A DNA stretch of 64,000 nt from Alphaproteobacteria bacterium (GTDB lineage: Bacteria; Pseudomonadota; Alphaproteobacteria; CAAHEQ01; UBA3637): NCBI GenBank assembly GCA_045605805.1, contig JAZUQR010000021.1, positions 85,336 through 149,335 on the forward strand. Direction: 5' to 3'. Under the pieces are notes generated by a model. The model did not search any database and was not told the DNA's origin. It worked only from the letters and a program-made list of their open reading frames with translations. Shown here piece by piece: positions 51,380 to 61,438 of this stretch; positions within the stretch are counted from its first letter, which is position 1; each line of letters opens with the position of its first letter. The position numbers were made by a program, and so were the translations under genes.

Positions 51380-51731
51380 CGTTTTTTAATGCACAAAAAA
51401 CGAATCGTATTATCAATATATTGTGTTGTTTTTTCAAAAAATGACAATATATTGTGATTATTCAATAAAAAATGCCTTCTTTTTTCTTATAAAAATCAAT
51501 ATGTTATAAAAAACATAAAAAAATATGAAAAAATCTATTGAATACAAAGAGATATTTTGCTCTAATAAACACAGCGAAAGGTCTTATAAACCCAACGCTG
51601 TGAAGATGCTAAAAGCTACCTTTTTGTAGAACAACTTAAATTTAGCTGACTCATCTTCAAATGTCAAGGAGTATTTTTCAATAAAGAAGAATATGAGACT
51701 TTGGCAGGTTAATTTGTATGGAGTAAGAAAA

Positions 51732-51869
51732 ATGAAGAATCTGAAACAAACAGGAAGAAGAGCGGCAAGCGCTGCTTCAAAAGTTTTGCGTAGTAGCAGT
51801 ACTGGCAAAGCGAGTAAAGCAGCCGCAGGATCTGCATTAGCTCAATGTCCTTATAAAAAAAGAAAATAA
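51732..51869 (+). CDS. 45-aa basic Ala/Ser/Lys-rich small protein (below the ORF-track cutoff)
   Basis: MKNLKQTGRRAASAASKVLRSSSTGKASKAAAGSALAQCPYKKRK; GGAG upstream, terminator hairpin at about 51896-51926. Confidence 0.7.
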   Translation: MKNLKQTGRRAASAASKVLRSSSTGKASKAAAGSALAQCPYKKRK

Positions 51870-52105
51870 GAAAATTGAACTTTTGTTTAATAGAAAGGTT
51901 AGATGGCGATCGCGTCTAGCCTTTTTAATTATGAGCAATTAGCCTGGCTCACGTTCGGCAAGATACCCCTCACCATTTTTCCCTTTTTGAGGAGATAAAT
52001 ACACCTTTTAGTTGTATTTTTATAGTTTTGTTATTTTTTTAGTTGCAATTTGTAAAAAATACAGCTATAAGTATAGGTGAAACAACTTTAACAAAGGATT
52101 GAAAA

Positions 52106-52354
52106 ATGTTGATATGCAAAAATGTAATTGTGAACGGCAGACGCACCAGCATGCGATTAGACAAAGAAACTTGGCTCTCGCTGAGCGAAATCTGTAAAAC
52201 AGAAAATACCAACCTACACGCCCTGTGTTCAAAAATTGAAAAAAACAAAGGCGAATGTGGCCTGTCCGGTGCGGTCAGAACTTTTGTCCTCACCTACCTG
52301 CGCCAACTGTTGCAACAATACCGCCAACAACTGGAAAACCACAACCATTTATAA
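52106..52354 (+). CDS. Ribbon-helix-helix (RHH_4) protein
   Basis: VIVNGRRTSMRLD..W..L.EI...LSGAVRTFVL. Confidence 0.85.
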   Translation: MLICKNVIVNGRRTSMRLDKETWLSLSEICKTENTNLHALCSKIEKNKGECGLSGAVRTFVLTYLRQLLQQYRQQLENHNHL

Positions 52355-52434
52355 AAAAAGTTTCTCCTTGTACACTAAGAGGGACACGCTATAAGGAAAT
52401 GGTATAGCCTTAAATGCAAAAAAATGTTCAATTG

Positions 52435-52651
52435 TTCGATAATTTCCAAAAAACATGAAATCCTAAAATTGATTTTATCGAACTCAGTCGTTGATGGAAA
52501 AATCTTTATTTTTCAATAACAAAACCCTTCGATAAATTGCTTTTTTTCGAAGGGTTGTAATGCTTGGTACAGCACACTGAACGAATACCGAGCCAAACAT
52601 TTAGCGGATTTCAAAAAGTTGGCACAACAGGTGGACCTCCTGAAATTTTAA
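52435..52651 (+). pseudogene. Frameshifted large-serine-recombinase 3' end spanning an att-like TGGTAC junction
   Basis: SKKHEILKLILSNSVVDGK / SITKPFDKLL / SKGCNA-WYSTLNEYRAKHLADFKKL; needs two frameshifts. Confidence 0.55.
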
Positions 52652-52714
52652 TTCATACTATGATAACAGATAATTTAGAAGCAAAAAAAGCTATTTATGA
52701 ATTTCAAGAAAATG

Positions 52715-53758
52715 CTATTTTAATTTTGCGTAATAATTCTTGTTTATCAGTGCCATTGATATAGAATCGCTATTACACAACGAGGCAACATAATTTTTTG
52801 CTTCGTTTGTTAATAAAACTTGTTCAAAATTATCAAATCCATATTTTTCTTTTATTTGCCTGAACTGATTTGCAATTTGTCCTATACTATGCGATTTTCC
52901 GGAAATTGTAACTGAATTTGGATATTTTACTTCTTGTTCAAGTGGAATATCGTGGATTTTTTTGTAAATCTCATCTTGTCTGACAATTAAATCAACAGTT
53001 GGGGCAATTTCAGCAAACGTTTTTATTTTTTGACTGTTAAATTCTTTGTCGGAAACCCCAGGCATGCGTTGACGAACGTGTCCCAGTTCATGCAAAGCAA
53101 TGACACCTAATGGGGCATATTGTTCTCCTGTTTTTTGGGAAAGTTGAGTATCTAAATTGATTTGTAATTGCCAATTATTCCATTCATTGTCGATGTCACA
53201 ACAAGTTGTTATGCTTCTGTAAAAATCTGTAGGTTTAGAAAATACTTCTTCAGGAGAGGTGCCATATTTTTTCAGTTCATCTCGTAGCATTTTATCCCCT
53301 AACAAGTCAGCCTTTTGACGATCTTCTTGTGGAATTAAATAAAAAGTTACTTCTGGTTTATAAATAGCCTTTGAGAAAATAGACCAAGCAGCTAGATTTT
53401 CTTCCATTAACTGTTTGTGAAATAGAGCATATTCGCCGAGAAATGGAGACTTTTCATCAAAACAACCTGGCGTTGTGTTTAAAGATACCTTATCTTTATA
53501 CTTCAGTAATTTCTTTAATGCTAAGTAGGTTTTGAGTGTTTTTGGATTCTCTAAATCGATTTTCTCTTGGGAAGCAATTTGATCAAAAACTTGTGAATAA
53601 TAAGATTTAACTTCATCAACAAGAGACGTATTTGCCAGTACTTCTTTGGCTTTTTTGCAGGTATCTAGAAATAATGACATATCCGGTTGGTACTTTGTTT
53701 TCCGATAATCTTGAGCGCCCTCAGCTAGCTTAGAAAGTTTTGCAGGCAAATTCATCAC
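52715..53758 (-). CDS. Hypothetical protein with an HExxH zinc-peptidase motif
   Basis: VIALHELGHV followed by AE; GGAGG RBS. Confidence 0.6.
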   Translation of the reverse strand: MMNLPAKLSKLAEGAQDYRKTKYQPDMSLFLDTCKKAKEVLANTSLVDEVKSYYSQVFDQIASQEKIDLENPKTLKTYLALKKLLKYKDKVSLNTTPGCFDEKSPFLGEYALFHKQLMEENLAAWSIFSKAIYKPEVTFYLIPQEDRQKADLLGDKMLRDELKKYGTSPEEVFSKPTDFYRSITTCCDIDNEWNNWQLQINLDTQLSQKTGEQYAPLGVIALHELGHVRQRMPGVSDKEFNSQKIKTFAEIAPTVDLIVRQDEIYKKIHDIPLEQEVKYPNSVTISGKSHSIGQIANQFRQIKEKYGFDNFEQVLLTNEAKNYVASLCNSDSISMALINKNYYAKLK

Positions 53759-53976
53759 AATTTCCTCCGGTATAATGTATTAATCATGTCTAAAATTATA
53801 CCATTATTTATTATAGATGTCAAGCGCTTAAAATGGGAAAAAGTAAATAAATATAGCACTTCGATTATTATTTGATAAGTCGGACTTGAAATTGGTATAA
53901 GTAATTGATTTATAAAGAAATAATTTTTAAGAGTTCGATAAATAAGAAAATAGGCACTTTCGGAAGGGGGAAAAAT

Positions 53977-54045
53977 CGAACCAATATAAGCTCTTAGAAA
54001 CAAATAAAAAACAACTCCCGAAATGGGAGTTGTATGTTTTGGTAC
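53977..54045 (+). repeat. 69-bp direct repeat of the tRNA-Leu(CAA) 3' flank plus the TGGTAC core
   Basis: Identical to 55455-55524 except one A in a homopolymer; contains hairpin ACAACTCCC-GAAAT-GGGAGTTGT. Confidence 0.92.
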
Positions 54046-54246
54046 AGCGTGCTTAACGAATACCGAGCTAATAATATCAAAGAAATTGATGAGTTGTATC
54101 GTTTAATTGAAAGCCTTTCCTTTCAATCACAACTTGAACAAGTCATCTAAACCTGCCCTTAGGGCCAGCGGTTGGGTTTTAACTTTTTTGATTGCTTTAC
54201 ATTAATGATTATGATATATTTTTTTATATTGATCAACGAGGAATTT

Positions 54247-55467
54247 ATGATACGCAGAAACATCCTATTATTTAAAATAACACAATTTTTTGGTGGATTG
54301 TGGTTTTTGGCGCCATTGGCTATTGTTTATTTTGAAACAATAACACAATCATATGCTGTGGCTATGTCTGTTTTTGCCGTTTCATCACTTTCTACCACAT
54401 TTATGGAAATTCCCGCCGGTTTATTTTCTGACAAAATAGGTCGGCGAAAAACATTATTATTTTCTCCATTACTTATTTGTTTGGCTTTTTTATTATGGGC
54501 ATTGGCAGGAAATTTTCACTATTCGTCTTTATTATTCATCGGGGCTTTTTTATACGGAACCACCGATGCTGTTAGGTCTGGCACAGATGAAGCTTTAATC
54601 TATGAAACAATGGAAGAATTGGGCGAACAAGAAAATTTTAAAATCCAATATGCAAAAAGTCGTGGTTGGGGACAAACAGGTGCAACTGTTAGTGCTATTC
54701 TGGCTGCTTTAATTACATACTACTCCTCACTACAAATATTAGCTTGGGTCTCCATTATTCCGTTTATTGCACAATTAATCGCTGTATGGCTTTATATTGA
54801 ACCAAAACGCTCACAAAAACCTAAAAAAGCAAATTCTTGGATCAATTTTCAACTGGCTTTCAAGAAATTATGGCAAAATCGGAAATTACGTTTTTATACA
54901 AGTATTGAAATGATTGATACTGCTTTTGGAACTGCTACCTTTCGCTTTGAAGGTGCATATTATCAAACATTGATAACACAATGGGGCGTAAATATCGTCC
55001 GTTTTTCAAAACATATTTTAGGAATAATCGGCTTTTTTATTGTTCCATATTTTCGTAAAATTAATATCGTTAAACTGTTTTTTGGTTCAATGATTGGAAA
55101 CGCTTTTGTCAGATTGATTGGAGTAATTTTAAACAACACCTTTGCCCCTTTTATTATGGCAACCGTCAGCTTGTTTTATGGTACAGAAAGAACAAGTTGT
55201 GCCAATATCATGCAAAATGAATTTTCACCCGAACAACGTGCAACAATGAAATCCATCATTTCTTGTTTATCAAGCATTTTTGCTGCATTTGTGCTTATCT
55301 TAATGGGATGGATTGCGGATGTTTATGGCTCCAGAACAGCAATCTTAACAGCAATTTTAGTAAAGATTGCCGTCATTATCAGCTCTCTCATTATTTTAAA
55401 TAAAAAAAAGTTCGATAAATTGAAAAATGAAGCCTTACAAAATCGAACTATTACCGAACCAATATAA
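54247..55467 (+). CDS. MFS transporter
   Basis: EIPAGLFSDKIGRRKTL, SGTDEALIYE, RAT; about 12 hydrophobic segments. Confidence 0.9.
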   Translation: MIRRNILLFKITQFFGGLWFLAPLAIVYFETITQSYAVAMSVFAVSSLSTTFMEIPAGLFSDKIGRRKTLLFSPLLICLAFLLWALAGNFHYSSLLFIGAFLYGTTDAVRSGTDEALIYETMEELGEQENFKIQYAKSRGWGQTGATVSAILAALITYYSSLQILAWVSIIPFIAQLIAVWLYIEPKRSQKPKKANSWINFQLAFKKLWQNRKLRFYTSIEMIDTAFGTATFRFEGAYYQTLITQWGVNIVRFSKHILGIIGFFIVPYFRKINIVKLFFGSMIGNAFVRLIGVILNNTFAPFIMATVSLFYGTERTSCANIMQNEFSPEQRATMKSIISCLSSIFAAFVLILMGWIADVYGSRTAILTAILVKIAVIISSLIILNKKKFDKLKNEALQNRTITEPI

Positions 55468-55518
55468 GCTCTTAGAAACAAATAAAAAAACAACTCCCGA
55501 AATGGGAGTTGTATGTTT

Positions 55519-55605
55519 TGGTACCTCTGGCCGGACTTGAACCAGCACTCTATTGCTAGAAACAGATTTTGAGTCTGTCGCGTCTACCAATTTCGCCACA
55601 GAGGC
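55519..55605 (-). tRNA. tRNA-Leu(CAA)
   Basis: GCCTCTGTGGCGAAATTGGTAGACGCG..ACAGA-CTCAAAA-TCTGT..GGTTCAAGTCC..AGAGGTACCA. Confidence 0.97.
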
Positions 55606-55663
55606 TTTTTTATTGACAACGCTATTATAACAAATTATAATACCCGTGTCAAGGAGAAAATTC

Positions 55664-56440
55664 ATGTTTTTCAAAAAAATTATTCCAACCAGTATTTTTA
55701 TCACCGGAGCATCCAGCGGTTTGGGGGCCAGTTTAGCCATAGAATATGCCCAAAACAATGTCACTTTACACCTGTGTGGCCGCAATAAAGAACGCTTAAA
55801 GGAAACACAAAAAGCCTGTCTGGCAAAAGGTGCAACTGTTTATACCTATACTTTTGATGTCACAAACCAAGAAGAAACAGAACAAGCCATCCAAGAAGCC
55901 TTCAAAAACAAACCCATTGATTTACTTATCGCCAACGCTGGCGTCTCGGCAGGCGTTATCGGTGACCACGAAACAGGCCCTGCCACCCGAAAAATTATGA
56001 CAACAAACATCTTCGGCACACTCAATACCCTGTTGCCCGCCATAGAGCTAATGAAAAAACGCCATAAGGGGCATATTGCCATCATCGCTTCATTAGCGGC
56101 TTATCGTGGCATGGCAAGCTGTCCTGCCTATTCGGCAAGCAAGGCAGCCATCAAAGCCTTAGGAGAAGCCTTATATGGACAACAAAAACCAAATGGTATT
56201 CATGTCACCACCATTTGTCCTGGTTTTATAGAAACACCTTTAACCGACAAAAACCGTTTTTATATGCCATTTTTGATGAAAGCTGATAAAGCAGCCCGAA
56301 TCATACATAAACGCTTAAATCACGCACCCGCCATCATCGGCTTTCCAGCCATTATGGTCTTTGCCACATGGCTTGGCAGCTGTCTGCCGGCATGGATTGC
56401 CCTGCCAATTTTTGCCCGTTTGCCAAAAAAAGAAAAATAA
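55664..56440 (+). CDS. Short-chain dehydrogenase/reductase
   Basis: TGASSGLG, NAG, YSASK. Confidence 0.93.
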   Translation: MFFKKIIPTSIFITGASSGLGASLAIEYAQNNVTLHLCGRNKERLKETQKACLAKGATVYTYTFDVTNQEETEQAIQEAFKNKPIDLLIANAGVSAGVIGDHETGPATRKIMTTNIFGTLNTLLPAIELMKKRHKGHIAIIASLAAYRGMASCPAYSASKAAIKALGEALYGQQKPNGIHVTTICPGFIETPLTDKNRFYMPFLMKADKAARIIHKRLNHAPAIIGFPAIMVFATWLGSCLPAWIALPIFARLPKKEK

Positions 56441-56496
56441 CTTGTAGACATTCGCAAGATTTTAAGATAAAATAACGCCAAAACAAGGAGTATCTT

Positions 56497-57195
56497 ATGA
56501 CAAAAGAACAAAAAAAAGAATGTAAAAATTGCAATGACTGTCAAAAACATCAACAAAAAGCCTTTGAGCTTGAAGTAGATGAGGAATTACACCAAGAACG
56601 CCTCAATAATTTTTGGAAAAAATACCGCTTTGTTGTCTATGCAATAGTCGTCTTAATTTTGGCAAGCACAGCCGGCATACAAATCTATCGTTCCGCCCAA
56701 CAAAAAATCCGCCTCACCGAATCAGATCAATTTGAAACGGCAGTTGTTCACATTTTCAAACAAAACCCAACCGAGGCCAAACCGATTTTAACAGATTTAG
56801 CCAACAACGGCCGCACAGGATATAAATATCTGGCCCGTTTGGAATTAGCCGGCCTTGCCGCTCGTCAAAATGATATCCCAACAGCATTGGCCGAATTCAG
56901 CACTTTAATGAACTCAAACGCCCCTTATGAATTAAAGGCCGTTGCCACCTTGTCCTATGTGGGGCATCAAATAGATTCGGGTGACCCAACAGCTTTAATG
57001 AAACAGCTGACACCATTTTTAAGTGACAGTCAGTTTGTAGGCATCGCTGCCGAATTGGCAACTGTACTTTACCTGCGGGATAATAACGAAACACAGGCAT
57101 TGGAAATGTTGAAAAAAGCCTCTACATTACCCAATTTATCCGAAACAATCAAAACAAGATTAAACGCTTTAACACAAATGATTGAAAGCAAATAA
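56497..57195 (+). CDS. YfgM-like TPR membrane protein
   Basis: EVDEELHQERL..FWKKY plus a TM segment; conserved position upstream of bamB-der. Confidence 0.8.
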   Translation: MTKEQKKECKNCNDCQKHQQKAFELEVDEELHQERLNNFWKKYRFVVYAIVVLILASTAGIQIYRSAQQKIRLTESDQFETAVVHIFKQNPTEAKPILTDLANNGRTGYKYLARLELAGLAARQNDIPTALAEFSTLMNSNAPYELKAVATLSYVGHQIDSGDPTALMKQLTPFLSDSQFVGIAAELATVLYLRDNNETQALEMLKKASTLPNLSETIKTRLNALTQMIESK

Positions 57196-57197
57196 AA

Positions 57198-58430
57198 ATG
57201 AAAAAAGTCCTTGTCCTTTTACTTTCAAGCACCCTTCTTATTTCTTGCGCTGATGACAAAAGGTATGCCCCAAAAGAAGGGCGCATAAGCATTTTTGAAA
57301 AGGAAGCAGTTCAAACAACCACTGCACAAGTAAAAATAGCAAACCCCATTCAAAACAAAACATGGATAATGCCTTTTTACAACATTCAAAATAATCAACC
57401 AAACCTTATTGTCAATCAAATAGATAAACCAATTTGGGATAATCGTATCAGTAAGGCTTCACAGCCAAAGAACAATACCCTGCCCACCACATTGGTGAAT
57501 GTAGATGCCATTTATCAACTGGATAACAACTATGCCCTTACAAAAACCGATTTGCAATCTGGCAAACAATTGTGGCAACTCAATCTGGCAAAAAACAAAC
57601 AGGGGCTATCGTTGGCACTTAGCAATAAAACCGTATTGGCTTTATCCACAGACGGTGTTTTAACCGCTGTCTCGTTAGATGGCAAACAGCTCTGGCAAAA
57701 AGATTTGCAGGTCACAACTCGGGCTCCATTGGTGGCAGACAACACATCTGTCTATTTAATAACAACACATAACCAGTTTATCGTGTTAAACATACAAAAC
57801 GGCAACGAACTGTGGCGTTATCAAACCACCAAAACAAATACAGGTTTAACCACAATGGCCCCACCAGCCAAAAAAGACAACATTCTTGTCGTTCCTTTTG
57901 CCACCGGAGAAGTCATTGCTTTTGATGCCGACTCTGGTTTATTGACATGGATACAAATGCTTGTGGGAAATCGCCCCCAAGATTTAACACAAATTCCGCA
58001 AATTGCAGCCGCCCCTGTCATTGACGACACCACAGTTTATTTAACAGGCAATGCAAACCTGACTGCGGCATACGATTTATATTCAGGTGAAACAAAATGG
58101 ACAAACGACTTTGCCTCTATTATCACCCCAATCATAAGCGGCAACACATTGTTCCTTATTACAACAAATAATGAATTGCTAGCTTTGGAAAAAACAACAG
58201 GTAAAATCTTTTGGCGAAAAACCATACACCCCGATGAAAACACAACATGGCACAGTTTAAGCCTTATCAACAATCAATTGGTATTGACAACAACAAATAA
58301 AATGGTGTTCATCAATGTTGAAAACGGACAAACAGAACAAATAAAGAAAAAATCGGTTTATGCAAAACCAGTTGTGGCCAATGGATTCTTAACAATAACA
58401 GACAAAAAAAACAATATACAGGTATATTAA
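57198..58430 (+). CDS. bamB: PQQ-repeat beta-propeller lipoprotein, BamB-like
   Basis: Lipobox LISC, repeated G...W motifs, synteny with der. Confidence 0.75.
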   Translation: MKKVLVLLLSSTLLISCADDKRYAPKEGRISIFEKEAVQTTTAQVKIANPIQNKTWIMPFYNIQNNQPNLIVNQIDKPIWDNRISKASQPKNNTLPTTLVNVDAIYQLDNNYALTKTDLQSGKQLWQLNLAKNKQGLSLALSNKTVLALSTDGVLTAVSLDGKQLWQKDLQVTTRAPLVADNTSVYLITTHNQFIVLNIQNGNELWRYQTTKTNTGLTTMAPPAKKDNILVVPFATGEVIAFDADSGLLTWIQMLVGNRPQDLTQIPQIAAAPVIDDTTVYLTGNANLTAAYDLYSGETKWTNDFASIITPIISGNTLFLITTNNELLALEKTTGKIFWRKTIHPDENTTWHSLSLINNQLVLTTTNKMVFINVENGQTEQIKKKSVYAKPVVANGFLTITDKKNNIQVY

Positions 58431-58431
58431 A

Positions 58432-59814
58432 ATGAAAACAATAGCACTCGTTGGGCGTACAAATGTTGGCAAGTCCACCCTTTTCAATAAATTATGTCAT
58501 AAGCATATGGCCATTGTTCACGACCGCCCCGGTGTCACCCGAGACAGAAAAGAAGCCGAAACAACTTTGGAAGATAGACCTGTCCGCTTAGTGGATACCG
58601 CAGGATTAGAAGACACAACCACATTATCCAAAGCCATGTGGCAACAAACAGAATTGGCCATTGAAGAAGCTGATATTATTTTAATGATAACAGACGGTCG
58701 CACAGAAATCAATGCCCTTGACTTAAAATTGGCAAAACAACTTCAAAAAACAAGCAAACCTGTTTTTTTAATTATCAATAAATGTGAAGGCGTGGCCCAA
58801 ACAAACAATCTGGGCGAGTTCTATCGTCTGGGACTTGGCACACCCTATCCCATATCGGCAGAACACAATCTGGGCATTAAAGAATTGATTCAAGAATTAA
58901 AGCCCCTTTGCCCCCCCGATTCAGAAGAAAAAGAAACAGAAAAACCTTTACATTTGTCCATTGTTGGCCGCCCAAATGTTGGCAAATCCACTTTGGTGAA
59001 TAAATTGATTAAACAAAATCGTCTTTTAACGGGGCCCGAAGCCGGAGTCACTCGGGATGCCATCACTGTTCCTTGGGTTTGGCAAAATAAAAAGATTTTG
59101 CTCACCGATACCGCAGGCCTTCGTAAATACGGCAAAATTGATGATGAATTGGAACGCATCTGTGGTCAAGAAACCAAAAACGCCATAGACTTTGCCGAAG
59201 TAGTCATTTTGGTTTTGGATGCCCACCAACCATTGGAACGCCAAGATTTGGCCATCGCTGGCACCGTGTTAAAAGAAGGGCGTGCCTTGGTCATCGGCTT
59301 AAATAAATGGGAAAATACGCCCAACCAAGCTGAAGTCTTAAAAGAGTTGAAAGCCCGTATGGCGGAATCCCTTCAACAAGTAAAAAAAATCCCCATCGTC
59401 CCCATTTCGGCCAAAAACGGCATGGGTCTGGATAAATTGATGGGCGAAGTGTTCCGTATGTATGACTTATGGAACAAACGCATCCCAACAAATAAATTGA
59501 ATAAGTTTTTAGAGATTTTGAAAGAAGCACACCCAACACCATTGGCCAAAAACGGCCGCCGTGTTCCCATGAAATATATGACACAGGTCAATGCTCGTCC
59601 GCCTACCTTTGTAATTTTTACCAGTAATCCGGACAGCTTGCCCGATTCCTATATGCGCTATGTATCCAACGGATTGCGATCCACTTTTGGGATAGAAGGC
59701 GTTCCCATCCGAATTCATTTAAGAAAACGGGAAAATCCTTTTGAAGAAAAAGCCAAAAAAGACGCACAAAAGCCAGCCCGTCATAAAAGGCCGAATACCA
59801 AAAAAAAGGCTTAA
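58432..59814 (+). CDS. der: Ribosome biogenesis GTPase Der
   Basis: Two GR.NVGKS / DTAG / NK.E GTPase domains. Confidence 0.97.
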   Translation: MKTIALVGRTNVGKSTLFNKLCHKHMAIVHDRPGVTRDRKEAETTLEDRPVRLVDTAGLEDTTTLSKAMWQQTELAIEEADIILMITDGRTEINALDLKLAKQLQKTSKPVFLIINKCEGVAQTNNLGEFYRLGLGTPYPISAEHNLGIKELIQELKPLCPPDSEEKETEKPLHLSIVGRPNVGKSTLVNKLIKQNRLLTGPEAGVTRDAITVPWVWQNKKILLTDTAGLRKYGKIDDELERICGQETKNAIDFAEVVILVLDAHQPLERQDLAIAGTVLKEGRALVIGLNKWENTPNQAEVLKELKARMAESLQQVKKIPIVPISAKNGMGLDKLMGEVFRMYDLWNKRIPTNKLNKFLEILKEAHPTPLAKNGRRVPMKYMTQVNARPPTFVIFTSNPDSLPDSYMRYVSNGLRSTFGIEGVPIRIHLRKRENPFEEKAKKDAQKPARHKRPNTKKKA

Positions 59815-60248
59815 TAATCCATCCGTGGTGGTAAATGGCGCAACCGCACCATATAGGGTTTTAACATCTTATCCCGACTGATAACATGGCCCACAAACCA
59901 AACCGATAAGAAGGCAATGGTTTTTTGTGCCAAATCCAATTTTTTGCCCCTCGTTTCTGCACTTTCATAGGCTTGGCGAAACTCTGAGATATTTTTAATA
60001 AATTGTTGATGCGCCTGCATATGGGCCATAATATCCGGAAAGTTCACTCGTTCCATAATATCCTCTTCATGAGAAAAATGGTTGCGCACATAATCATAGC
60101 ACGCTTCAAACATCTCGGACATATTGTCCAACTCACGCCTGTGTAAATCCATGGTTGCATTATTGATAACATCCAAAAAGGCTTTGTGTTCATCATCCAA
60201 TGGTGGATAATCCAAACTCATTTGCTCTCGCCACGCAATCACCGGCAT
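59811..60248 (-). CDS. Bacteriohemerythrin
   Basis: LDDEH, HFSHEE, H...H, HVISRD. Confidence 0.9.
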   Translation of the reverse strand: MPVIAWREQMSLDYPPLDDEHKAFLDVINNATMDLHRRELDNMSEMFEACYDYVRNHFSHEEDIMERVNFPDIMAHMQAHQQFIKNISEFRQAYESAETRGKKLDLAQKTIAFLSVWFVGHVISRDKMLKPYMVRLRHLPPRMDY

Positions 60249-60271
60249 TTGTCCCCCTTTTCTTGGTACAA

Positions 60272-61372
60272 CTACACATTAAACAAGAAATGCACAACAT
60301 CTCCATCTTGCATTATATAACTTTTTCCTTCTTGACGCAAGTGTCCTTTTTCTCTGGCCCCACTTTCGCCACAATCGGCCACATAATCGTTATAAGAAAT
60401 CACTTCCGCCCGAATAAAACCCCGTTCAAAATCCGTATGAATAATACCCGCTGCCTGCGGTGCCAAAGTTCCTTTGCGCATTGTCCAAGCGTGTGCTTCC
60501 TGTGGACCAGAAGTAAAAAATGTTTCCAATCCTAATAATTGATAGCCGGCCTTAATCACCCGAGACAGACCAGTTTCTGCCAAACCAATGGTTTCCAAGA
60601 AATCAGGTTGCTCTTCAAATGGCAATTGAGCAATTTCCTGTTCTATATTGGCCGAAATAACCACCGCACTGTTGCCTTGATTTTTGGCCATCTCAATCAC
60701 CTTGTCGGCATAGGCATTTCCCGTTGCAGCACTGGCTTCATCCACATTACAAACATATAACACAGGCTTCGCTGTCAAAAGGCACAATTGATGAAAGAGC
60801 TTTCTTTGTTCGGCATCTTCTGGCACAGCCAATCTGGCCGGCTTACCCTCACGCAACAATTGCAAAGCAGGTTCAATCACCGCCACCCACTGTTTGGCCT
60901 CTTTGTCCCCCGTCTGAGCCTTTTTAGCCACACCAGCCAAACGCTTTTCAAGATTTTCCATATCCGCCAACATCAATTCTGTTTCCACGGTTTCTGCATC
61001 CCGAATAGGATCAATAGATCCTTCCACATGCACAATATCCGTATTTTCAAAACAGCGCAGCACATGAATAATGGCATCCACTTCACGAATGTTGCCCAAA
61101 AATTGGTTGCCTAAACCTTCGCCCTTACTGGCCCCACGCACCAAACCGGCAATATCCACAAACTCCAACTGAGTTGGCACAATTTTGGCTGCCTTATCAA
61201 TTTTTTGAAGCGCATCTAAACGGGCATCCGGCACCGCCACCCGCCCCACATTGGGTTCAATCGTACAAAACGGATAGTTTGCAGCCTGAGCATTTACTGT
61301 TGCTGTTAAAGCATTAAATAAAGTAGATTTTCCAACATTTGGAAGTCCAACAATACCGCAATTAAATCCCAT
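60272..61372 (-). CDS. ychF: Redox-regulated ATPase YchF
   Basis: [30 protein letters not shown]. Confidence 0.98.
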   Translation of the reverse strand: MGFNCGIVGLPNVGKSTLFNALTATVNAQAANYPFCTIEPNVGRVAVPDARLDALQKIDKAAKIVPTQLEFVDIAGLVRGASKGEGLGNQFLGNIREVDAIIHVLRCFENTDIVHVEGSIDPIRDAETVETELMLADMENLEKRLAGVAKKAQTGDKEAKQWVAVIEPALQLLREGKPARLAVPEDAEQRKLFHQLCLLTAKPVLYVCNVDEASAATGNAYADKVIEMAKNQGNSAVVISANIEQEIAQLPFEEQPDFLETIGLAETGLSRVIKAGYQLLGLETFFTSGPQEAHAWTMRKGTLAPQAAGIIHTDFERGFIRAEVISYNDYVADCGESGAREKGHLRQEGKSYIMQDGDVVHFLFNV

Positions 61373-61438
61373 AAAAACTCCTTATGATTATTTTTTTGGT
61401 ATTATGTAATAAATTGCTTCAAAAGTCAAGGTGTTAAG

